The notes beneath the pieces are model-generated. The model was not told the DNA's origin and made no database searches. It was given only the letters and a program-made list of their open reading frames with translations. This document shows positions 9,533-17,167 of a DNA stretch of 64,000 nucleotides, in pieces. Source of the DNA: an uncultured Pseudomonadota bacterium (lineage in GTDB: Bacteria > Pseudomonadota > Alphaproteobacteria > RF32 > CAG-239); contig CASEZG010000001.1 of the NCBI GenBank assembly GCA_949292375.1, positions 131,811 to 195,810 of the forward strand, read 5' to 3'. The position numbers and the translations under genes are program-made. Positions within the stretch are counted from its first letter, which is position 1. Every line of letters starts with the position of its first letter.

Positions 9533-10930
9533 ATGGAAAACAAGATGCTTAAAAAAGTTTGGTCTGAGAAGTTTAAACAGGTTTCCGAAATATTGCAGAG
9601 AATCCGTGAAGTTAGGTCTGCAGCGACGGCTTTTAATACAAATATTGATGCCGTGTTGAAAATTAAGGGTAAGGATTTGGAAAAACTGGCAAGCAAACAA
9701 AAGCTCTCTTTGCGAGATTTGGAGCATATTGAATATACAAAATTGTTAACTCCGTCTGATGTGGTTAAGGGAATTTTTAAGTGTTTTAAGAATGGTATTG
9801 CCGAAGAATGGTTGACCGAAGACAAAGCTATTTATGACTGGATGGTGGAGAATTTGGGCTATGACCGTTTGCAGATGGGCGGGCAAGGCGGTATTGTGGC
9901 CAATGTTTTGGCTGTGGTTGGAGTGCAGAAAGTGGTAGCGCATACAAACTCTTTGCCTAAGCTCCAAGCTGAGCAGTTTTTGCCATTGAAAAACTTGGTT
10001 TCTTTTGATGAAAAAGGAGCTGAAAAACCGGCTTATGAAATTGATAGGAATCAAGATATTCCGCTCATTCATTGGATTATTGAGTTTGATAAGGGCGATG
10101 AGGTTGTTTTGGACGGGCAGAAGTTTGTTTGTCCGAAGTCTAACCGCTTTATTGCAACTTATGATCCGTTGAACCTTAAATTGGTGGTGGATGAAAATTT
10201 TGTTAAGGCTTTGGCAAAAGATAAGGCTGAATATATTGTCCTTTCCGGTTTTCATGCCTTAACCGAACAAAATAACGGTGTTAAGCTGCAGGATGATATT
10301 TTGCCTGTTCTTAAAAGTTGGAAAGAACAGGGTAGTCTGATTCATTTGGAAATTGCTTCTACACAAGATATTGCCGTGCGCAAGGCGTTGTTGCAAAAAA
10401 TCGCACCGATTGCTGATTCTGTCGGTATTAATGAGCGCGAGGCGATGGATATTCTGGAAGTTATCGGTGAAGAAAAATTAGCCGAAGAATGCAATGCTAA
10501 CCCGAACTCGGTGAATATGTTTAAGGCTTTGTTTAAGATTAAAAAACATCTGAAAGCCCCCAGAATCCAGCTGCATATGTTTGGGTTATATATGACTTTG
10601 CAAGATGAAGGTTTCAGAATTTCGCCGGAAGCAAATTTGCGCGGAATGATGTTGGCTGCTACAGTTGCAGCCGGAAAAGCCGGTACGGGAAATATCAATA
10701 AAGCAGAAAATTTGTTATGGGCACAAGGCCAGGAGGTATCAGACATTGGGTTAAACGAGCTGGCAAAGTTGGCTGATTATGTTAAAAATCAGAAGTTGAC
10801 GGAAACAGGTTTGGCGGAATATGAGGGTTTTGAGTTGATTGCTTTGCCGACAATTATTGTTGAAAAACCGTTGACCCTGGTCGGAATGGGCGACACAATA
10901 TCTTCGCTTTCTTTATTGGCTGCCAGATAG
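9533..10930 (+). CDS. ADP-dependent glucokinase (ADP-PFK/GK family)
   Basis: AFNTNIDAV (NxNxD), QMGGQGGIVAN, IHWIIEF, NRFIATYD, IHLEIAS, SVGINERE and VGMGDTIS; ATG 9533 follows GGAGAGGG. Confidence 0.88.
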   Translation: MENKMLKKVWSEKFKQVSEILQRIREVRSAATAFNTNIDAVLKIKGKDLEKLASKQKLSLRDLEHIEYTKLLTPSDVVKGIFKCFKNGIAEEWLTEDKAIYDWMVENLGYDRLQMGGQGGIVANVLAVVGVQKVVAHTNSLPKLQAEQFLPLKNLVSFDEKGAEKPAYEIDRNQDIPLIHWIIEFDKGDEVVLDGQKFVCPKSNRFIATYDPLNLKLVVDENFVKALAKDKAEYIVLSGFHALTEQNNGVKLQDDILPVLKSWKEQGSLIHLEIASTQDIAVRKALLQKIAPIADSVGINEREAMDILEVIGEEKLAEECNANPNSVNMFKALFKIKKHLKAPRIQLHMFGLYMTLQDEGFRISPEANLRGMMLAATVAAGKAGTGNINKAENLLWAQGQEVSDIGLNELAKLADYVKNQKLTETGLAEYEGFELIALPTIIVEKPLTLVGMGDTISSLSLLAAR

Positions 10931-10941
10931 AAAGTTTTTTT

Positions 10942-11574
10942 ATGCTAAGCAGACTTTCGGAACTAAACGATAAATATGTCCAAAATAATGGATTTGGGGC
11001 AGGAGAGGCGGCTTTTGTCTTTACGAATCGAAAGTCTAAACTTGTTTTGTCTGCGCCACACGCGGTTAAAACGCATCTTAACGGGCAAGTTAAGCCGGCG
11101 GATTTGTTTACGGGAGCGTTGGTAGAATTTGTCGGCGAAAAATGTAATATTTCAACGCTTGTTCGCACATCATATCAGGATAAAGAATATTTAGCCGATG
11201 AATTTATTAAGGAGCAAAATATCGGAGAAAAATTCTTTTTAGATATTCACGGAATGGTGGATTATGAGGATTTTGAGTTGGCTGTCGGCACGGGGTTGTT
11301 GGAAGCTGATGCATACCAAAAAGCCATAAAGGCCATTGAGGTTGTCGGACAGAGATATGGGTTTCGTAAGGTTCTTAATCATCCTCATTATTCCGGTATT
11401 GCCGGAATGAAAGCTTTGACCGCACGTATGCAGATGCTTACGGGAAAGCCATTGGCTTTGCAGCTGGAAATCGGACGAAGATACAGAGATTTTGAAAAAT
11501 TTCCGCTAAAGGTCATAGAAAAGACCATCCCTTTTTTGCAAGAGTTGGTGTTGGGTTTGGAGAAACAGCTTTAA
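10942..11574 (+). CDS. Hypothetical protein, possible N-formylglutamate amidohydrolase-like metallohydrolase
   Basis: SAPHA...D...DIHGM...LQLEI pattern. Confidence 0.55.
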   Translation: MLSRLSELNDKYVQNNGFGAGEAAFVFTNRKSKLVLSAPHAVKTHLNGQVKPADLFTGALVEFVGEKCNISTLVRTSYQDKEYLADEFIKEQNIGEKFFLDIHGMVDYEDFELAVGTGLLEADAYQKAIKAIEVVGQRYGFRKVLNHPHYSGIAGMKALTARMQMLTGKPLALQLEIGRRYRDFEKFPLKVIEKTIPFLQELVLGLEKQL

Positions 11575-11577
11575 GCC

Positions 11578-12138
11578 TTAGTTTTTATCTTTCAGAAAAG
11601 CGTTAATTGCATCAATAACGCGTTGAACGGTATTGTCTACTTGCTCTTCTTTGGTCTCAACAATAATGTCTGCTTCGGAATAGTAGGGGTATTCTTCTTT
11701 GATGTATTTTTCCAGTTTGTTTTTTAAGTGCTCATCATTGCCTTTGAGAAAAGGACGATGCTTGCGACCGGCTGTGCGATGATAGAGCACGTCTATATCG
11801 GCCTTGAGCCAAATAGTGATAGCATGTTCTTTGGCTAAAGCTCTGGTTTGTTCGGCCACAAAAGAGCCGCCGCCTGAGGCCAAAACACATGGAGCACCTT
11901 GCAGCAGACGTTTCATAACGCGTTGTTCGCCGGCACGATATTCTTCTGCACCAAAGCATTTCAAAACATCAATCAAAGAAAGACCGGCAGCTTTCTCAAT
12001 CTCTTGGTCGCCGTCTACAAAGGGAAGATCTAATTTCTTTGCCAGTCTTTTGCCCACACTGGTTTTGCCGCTTCCCATTAAGCCGACCAGCAGGATTATT
12101 TTATCAAATTGTTGCATTTTTTTTAATTTTTCTTTCAA
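11578..12138 (-). CDS. aroK: Shikimate kinase
   Basis: LVGLMGSGKTSVG P-loop, FVDGDQEIE, ASGGGSF and RPFL; true start may be the ATG at 12117. Confidence 0.92.
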   Translation of the reverse strand: MKEKLKKMQQFDKIILLVGLMGSGKTSVGKRLAKKLDLPFVDGDQEIEKAAGLSLIDVLKCFGAEEYRAGEQRVMKRLLQGAPCVLASGGGSFVAEQTRALAKEHAITIWLKADIDVLYHRTAGRKHRPFLKGNDEHLKNKLEKYIKEEYPYYSEADIIVETKEEQVDNTVQRVIDAINAFLKDKN

Positions 12139-12202
12139 TCTCTTTTGATAAATAATATAGTGAATCGTAGATTTAGCAATAATTTTTATAAGGTTATAAG
12201 AT

Positions 12203-12346
12203 ATGAGACAGAAAAAATCAAATGCAATATTTTATATTTTGGGTGTTGTTATTTTGGCTGGAGCTTTCTTTGTGCTTTCTCGCGAAGTTAGCGTTAAGAC
12301 AGAAGTTGTTGAGCAGCCTTTGGAAAATACGTTTTTAAATAAATAA
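12203..12346 (+). CDS. Small single-TM protein (47 aa), not in the ORF track
   Basis: MRQKKSNAIFYILGVVILAGAFFVLSREVSVKTEVVEQPLENTFLNK*; fills the gap 8 nt before xerD. Confidence 0.65.
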   Translation: MRQKKSNAIFYILGVVILAGAFFVLSREVSVKTEVVEQPLENTFLNK

Positions 12347-12354
12347 AGTTAAAA

Positions 12355-13260
12355 ATGCAGAATTTCGGAATCGATGAGTTTTTGGAGATGATGGTAGCCG
12401 AAAAAGGGGCTGCTCAAAATACGCTTGAGGCTTATCGACGAGATGTTCAGCAGTTTATAGATTTTGTTGCTGCAAAGGATGTTTCTGATTTTACGAGGGC
12501 TGATGTTTCAGCTTTTGTGCAAGACTTGGGCGAGCGCAAATTTTCGCCTAAAACCGTTGCAAGAAAGCTCTCGGCCGTGCGTGAGTATTTTAAGTTTTTG
12601 TATTCGGAAAAAGAGATTAAAGATAATCCGGCGGCAAATGTTCTATCTCCTAAAAAAGAAAAGTCTTTGCCAAAGTTTTTGACCGAAGAAGAAATCAGAT
12701 TGCTGATTGAGGCGGCAAAGGCTCATTCAGATTTTCGGCACAAAAGAACGGCGGTTATGTTGGAGTTGATGTATGCCTGCGGTTTGCGTGTGTCCGAGCT
12801 TGTCAGTCTGCCGGAAAATTGCATAAATTATGATAAAAAGCAGATTATGCTTAAAGGCAAAGGCAGCAAAGAGCGAATCGTTCCCGTGGCTCCGGCGGCG
12901 TTGAATGCTGTTTCCGAGTATATGACTTATCGGGATTATTTTTTGAAAGCAGGCCGAAAATCGATTTGGTTGTTTCCTTCCAAAATATCTTCTTCCGGAC
13001 ATATTACGCGGGATGCTTTTTTTAAAAACATTAAAGATGCAGCGATAGAGGCGGGTTTGCCTCGCGAAAGAGTTACGCCGCATGTTTTGCGCCACTCCTT
13101 TGCCACCCATTTGCTCAACCATGATGTGGATTTGCGCTCCGTGCAAAAAATGCTCGGGCATGAAGATATCGGCACGACCGAAATATATACCCATATCATC
13201 TCCGAAGCGTTGATTAGGAAGGTGCAGAGTAAACACCCTCTGGCTAAAAAACTCGTATAA
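12355..13260 (+). CDS. xerD: Site-specific tyrosine recombinase XerD
   Basis: NTLEAYRRD, YACGLRVSELV, GKGSKER, PHVLRHSFATHLL and LGHEDIGTTEIYTH; divergent from aroK as in other alphaproteobacteria. Confidence 0.93.
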   Translation: MQNFGIDEFLEMMVAEKGAAQNTLEAYRRDVQQFIDFVAAKDVSDFTRADVSAFVQDLGERKFSPKTVARKLSAVREYFKFLYSEKEIKDNPAANVLSPKKEKSLPKFLTEEEIRLLIEAAKAHSDFRHKRTAVMLELMYACGLRVSELVSLPENCINYDKKQIMLKGKGSKERIVPVAPAALNAVSEYMTYRDYFLKAGRKSIWLFPSKISSSGHITRDAFFKNIKDAAIEAGLPRERVTPHVLRHSFATHLLNHDVDLRSVQKMLGHEDIGTTEIYTHIISEALIRKVQSKHPLAKKLV

Positions 13261-13371
13261 TGGGTAACTAATACAGAAACTGCGGGGTAAAATTTTTAGT
13301 CATGTACTTCTGTGTACACTCAAAAAATTTTTCCCTTGTTTCTTATTATTTACCTCATTCTCCGAGTTTTT
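13247..13371. repeat. RPE-like ~125-bp imperfect palindrome overlapping the xerD stop
   Basis: Ends aaaaactcg/cgagttttt; core tca-tgtac-ttctgt-gtaca-ctc; arms taatacagaaac/gtttcttatta. Confidence 0.8.
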
Positions 13372-13470
13372 ACAAAAAGTGGTCATCTAGTACAGATTTT
13401 GCAGGTCAAAAGTGTCCTCACGACCTTCATTCTCCAAGTTTTTACAAAACTCGTATAAGGGTTATCTGGT
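13372..13470. repeat. Decayed tandem fragments of the same palindromic element
   Basis: tagtacagattttgc, tcctcacg, cattctccaagttttt and aaaactcgtataa recur from the adjacent copy and the pnp copy. Confidence 0.6.
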
Positions 13471-13489
13471 AGTTGTGCAAGAAAATTTA

Positions 13490-13528
13490 AAAAAATTACG
13501 GGAGGGTGCGGTTAAGCAACTCCTCCCG
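13490..13528 (-). terminator. Intrinsic terminator of ORF 13546-14421
   Basis: cgggagg...cctcccg stem with an upstream A tract. Confidence 0.55.
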
Positions 13529-13545
13529 AGGTTTGACATCATAAT

Positions 13546-14421
13546 TCATTTTTCTAAGCTCTCTGCGTATTTTTTGCAGAAGAGCTCCAGTAAGTCTCTT
13601 ACCGTGCTTTCGTCGGTGATTTCTTCCGAAAGCGTTTGGAAGACTTGAATGTTCAACTCATCCTCTGTCCATGCGATGGCAAGATCCCATTCCTGAGGAC
13701 CAAATCCAACCGGATGCAGTTCTTTTACCTGACAAGCCAATAAAGTTTCGTTCAGCTCCTTCCCAACCATCTGCGCATAAATGACTGCAGCTTTGGTTTT
13801 GAATCTTTCGATGAGCTGTTCTTTCGTTGGTGGCAGGGCCTTTAGAACTCGAGCTCTGACATCCGAAATTTTTTCATTCCCGGCACTGAAATATTCTGCA
13901 ACATCGTTGAATGTTGCTTCTTCATCCAGATAAGCCAATGGTTGGCTATCTGCCGAACTTAACGGACGACCAGTCAGATATTCCAAGGCTTCTACCAAAT
14001 CAATCAGTAAAGTTCTTGGTATTGCCGGACTATCAACCTTTTTTTCTAAATCGCGCAAAAAACAACCTGATTTGTCGATGAAGAATTTCTTTATTTCGTA
14101 TGAGTCCTTGAATGTAAGGATACTACTTTCTTCGCCGGCATAGAATTTAACGATATTTTCAAAATTTAATTCTTTTTGAAAATAAGTTAAACCAAGACGG
14201 TTGAATTTCTGATTGGTTTTTTGTGCAATGATCTTGACGGCATTGCAGAAGTTTATTGCTCTGAAAAAAGCGGGAGCTTTCATCAGAACTTCCCCAGCCT
14301 GAGAAGGATCTTCTGAGTTAAACACTACCTCGCCGTTTGTTCCGGCGTACAATGGTTTCAACTTCGGTGATCTGTCTACCAGCTCCTGAGCCAGTAAAGC
14401 AGAGATTTCAAATTTGTTCAT
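13546..14421 (-). CDS. Orphan protein with degenerate ACP-like repeats
   Basis: 291-aa ORF with its own promoter (TTGATT-17-TATTTT); C-terminus WTEDELNIQV...STVRDLLELF resembles ACP helices II-IV. Confidence 0.7.
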   Translation of the reverse strand: MNKFEISALLAQELVDRSPKLKPLYAGTNGEVVFNSEDPSQAGEVLMKAPAFFRAINFCNAVKIIAQKTNQKFNRLGLTYFQKELNFENIVKFYAGEESSILTFKDSYEIKKFFIDKSGCFLRDLEKKVDSPAIPRTLLIDLVEALEYLTGRPLSSADSQPLAYLDEEATFNDVAEYFSAGNEKISDVRARVLKALPPTKEQLIERFKTKAAVIYAQMVGKELNETLLACQVKELHPVGFGPQEWDLAIAWTEDELNIQVFQTLSEEITDESTVRDLLELFCKKYAESLEK

Positions 14422-14506
14422 AATAAAAATTAATTTTTAAAAGTTATGGAGGGAAAATAGCACTTTGAAGTTTTAAAATCAAGAGTTAATTTGGGCAAAA
14501 TTGACA

Positions 14507-14534
14507 AAAAAAGAGAGCCGATGGGGCTCTCTTT
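14507..14534 (-). terminator. Intrinsic terminator of ORF 14553-15101
   Basis: aaagagagcc-gatgg-ggctctcttt. Confidence 0.7.
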
Positions 14535-14552
14535 GAATTTTTTTGATAAAAA

Positions 14553-15101
14553 CTATTCATCCGAGTAAAATTCTATCAAATCTTTGATAGTTTTTTTGAG
14601 GATGAAGTCTTCATCCGGTATTTTTCCGAATCGGTCCTTGCACCAGCTCAGAACCGTTCGGTAGAAGTTATAATCCCTGAAATCTGCCGGAAGCATCATA
14701 TTAATTTGTGTGCTTTCATCCAGAGTTTCAGCGTCCCGATTCAGACAATCAGCCAAAAACTGTTTTACCTGCGTGGCTGTTGTCTTGGGTTTCATCAGTT
14801 CCGCCCGAATCAAGGCTGATGTTTTAGGGTCGGAGCAGAAAAATTCGGCAAACTTTATCGCCGGTAAGTCTTTTTCTTGCAGGCGCCGCTCTACATAATC
14901 CCATTCGGCTCGGTTCGTGAGAGCGAAAGAGGTTTGTCCGGCGCGGGCTCTCATTTGATCAACTATTTCCTTGAAATAGGTGAAGGATACTTTTCCTCCA
15001 TTTAAGGAAATCATAAGGCCTTCTACTTGTTGTTTGGTGAAGGCGGTCTTGTGACGGATGATGTTAATCGCATCTCTCCGCCTAAAAGTTGCTGTAGCCA
15101 T
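14553..15101 (-). CDS. Orphan protein with C-terminal serine-less ACP-like domain
   Basis: VKQFLADCLNRDAETLDEST...ADFRD...DRFGKIPDED...TIKDLIEF; own promoter TTGATT-17-TATAAG. Confidence 0.7.
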   Translation of the reverse strand: MATATFRRRDAINIIRHKTAFTKQQVEGLMISLNGGKVSFTYFKEIVDQMRARAGQTSFALTNRAEWDYVERRLQEKDLPAIKFAEFFCSDPKTSALIRAELMKPKTTATQVKQFLADCLNRDAETLDESTQINMMLPADFRDYNFYRTVLSWCKDRFGKIPDEDFILKKTIKDLIEFYSDE

Positions 15102-15196
15102 AATATTAAGTTTTGATTAGACATCATAATTTGATTTTTGGAATTACCTTATATATCAGCATTCTTTTAAAATCAACAAAAATCGACAAAAACGCT

Positions 15197-16048
15197 TTAG
15201 AGAAGGCGGGCAAGAGCTAAATATTGCTCAGGCGTCAGTTCTTCTGCGCGCATTGTTAGCGGAATATTTAATTTTTGGCAAAGCAGCTCCAGATTGGAAA
15301 TAGATTTTAGGCTTTGGCGAATCATTTTGCGACGTTGACCAAAAGCTAAGGTTGTTAAACGTTCAATATTGGCGATGTCTTTTTCTGAAAGACCTGAATG
15401 TAAAGGCGTAAATAATAAAACCGATGACCAAATTTTTGGTGCGGGAACAAAACATTCGGGGTTTAAGTCAAACAGCTTTTCTACTTTGCAAAGCAATTGT
15501 GATAAAACTGAAATGCGTCCGTAATCTTTGGTTTTGGTTTTGGCCATGATACGTTCGGCAACTTCTTTTTGAAACATCAGGGTTAGACTGGTAAAGTTTT
15601 CAATGTCTTTGAGCCAACTTATGAGCAGAGGAACAGAAATATTATAAGGCAAATTGCTGACGATATGTCTTGGCGCATCAGCCAAGGCGGCCAGATTTTG
15701 CTTAAGTGCATCACCGTTTATAATGGTTAATCTATCTCCGACTTTGTTTTTTATTTCTTGCATAATGTCTATGCAGCGCTCGTCCATCTCAATGACTGTT
15801 AAATTATCCGGTTCCGCGCTCAAGATGGCTCGGGTTAACCCTCCTGGTCCGGGGCCAATCTCAAAGACATTGGCTCCCTTATAATCTGACAAGTTTTGGC
15901 CGGCGAGCGATAAACGAATTATTTTATCCGTGATGTTTTGGTCTAGTAAAAAGTTTTGACCTAAGGCTTTTTTTGCCATCAAACCATGAGCCTCGACAGT
16001 GGTACGAAGCGCAGGCAACATCTTTATTTTTTCACTTAGGCTAAGCAT
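15197..16048 (-). CDS. rsmA: 16S rRNA m6,2A methyltransferase RsmA/KsgA
   Basis: KKALGQNFL, EIGPGPGGLT, NLPYNIS, MFQKEVAER and FGQRRKM. Confidence 0.96.
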   Translation of the reverse strand: MLSLSEKIKMLPALRTTVEAHGLMAKKALGQNFLLDQNITDKIIRLSLAGQNLSDYKGANVFEIGPGPGGLTRAILSAEPDNLTVIEMDERCIDIMQEIKNKVGDRLTIINGDALKQNLAALADAPRHIVSNLPYNISVPLLISWLKDIENFTSLTLMFQKEVAERIMAKTKTKDYGRISVLSQLLCKVEKLFDLNPECFVPAPKIWSSVLLFTPLHSGLSEKDIANIERLTTLAFGQRRKMIRQSLKSISNLELLCQKLNIPLTMRAEELTPEQYLALARLL

Positions 16049-16050
16049 CT

Positions 16051-17151
16051 TTACATTCTGACTTCAACAACGGAGGCTTGACGGAGTTCTTGCAAGTGTT
16101 TGGCTGCAAGTTCTTCCATCCGACGTTCTTCCAAGAATTTTTTTATGTTTTCTTTTGTCGGGGTTTCTGCCTTATCCTTTTTAGGGTCAAAAATTCTTTC
16201 TAATTTTAAGATATAGTAGTCTTGTCCGACTTTGATGGGATCAGACACTTCTCCGGCTTTTAGTTTTCCGAGAGCTTTTTTTAGCGGAGCAATTAGGCGT
16301 TCTTTGTTTATCCAGCCTAAATTTCCGCCTTTCGATGAACTTGGGGCTTCGGAAAATTGCATGGCGTAGAGATCAAAGCGCGGATCTTGTCTGAGATTTG
16401 AGACCAAAACGTCTAAGTTTTTGGCATTTTTATTTTTTATCAAAATTTCTGATACCATATATTTGGGCGTGCTTAAGTCTTTATCAGCTTCCTTTTGGGC
16501 TGTTTCAATTTCTTTTTCGGTTAATTCGCCTTCGGCATAAGACAGTTTTCTGATTATGCGAATCCAAGCTAAGTCCGATTTCATTTGTTCCAAGAAAACA
16601 TCATAGTTAACACCGTTTTCTTTTAGAATTTGTTTGAGTTTTCCGGCCGGGATTTTGTTGCTTGTCTCAAAAAACTTGACGGATTGTTCAATGTCTTTGT
16701 CGCTGATGGTAATGCCGTTTTTTTCAGCATCTTGCAGCTTTAATTTTTCATCGATGGCTGCTTGCAAGGTTCTTTGAACAATCATGTTTTGGGTTTGTTC
16801 ATTAACCGGAATGCGTGTGTTCATGACAAAAGCATTGATACGGTTTTGTAGGTCTTCAGTAGTTATGATTTCTCCATTGACTACAGCAACGATTTTAACG
16901 GCTCCCGGAAAAATGATTTGAGGTTTTGTCGGAGCTGGCTGGGCTTGCTTTATGACTGAGGATGGTTGCTCTTGTTTTATAACGGAAGTTTGAGAATCTG
17001 TTTCGGAAGAATCTGTTTCAGAATCCCCTTCAAACATAACGGAATTGCCGTTGGGTTGATTCCTTTGGCCGATAGAAGAAAGGTCAAGAGCCATTGTAGG
17101 CATTGTAGTAATCGTACTGAGCAGAAAGGCTGTTATAAAAATTTTTTTCAT
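16051..17151 (-). CDS. surA: SurA-like periplasmic chaperone/PPIase
   Basis: Signal peptide, IVAVVNGEIIT, parvulin FSEAPSSSKGGNLGW; downstream of lptD; start at ATG 17151. Confidence 0.85.
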   Translation of the reverse strand: MKKIFITAFLLSTITTMPTMALDLSSIGQRNQPNGNSVMFEGDSETDSSETDSQTSVIKQEQPSSVIKQAQPAPTKPQIIFPGAVKIVAVVNGEIITTEDLQNRINAFVMNTRIPVNEQTQNMIVQRTLQAAIDEKLKLQDAEKNGITISDKDIEQSVKFFETSNKIPAGKLKQILKENGVNYDVFLEQMKSDLAWIRIIRKLSYAEGELTEKEIETAQKEADKDLSTPKYMVSEILIKNKNAKNLDVLVSNLRQDPRFDLYAMQFSEAPSSSKGGNLGWINKERLIAPLKKALGKLKAGEVSDPIKVGQDYYILKLERIFDPKKDKAETPTKENIKKFLEERRMEELAAKHLQELRQASVVEVRM

Positions 17152-17167
17152 AAACTTTCTCCTTATT

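Noticed and set aside
12355-13260. Phage or island integrase
   Set aside because: Sequence and aroK-linked context match housekeeping XerD; no att sites or phage genes nearby.
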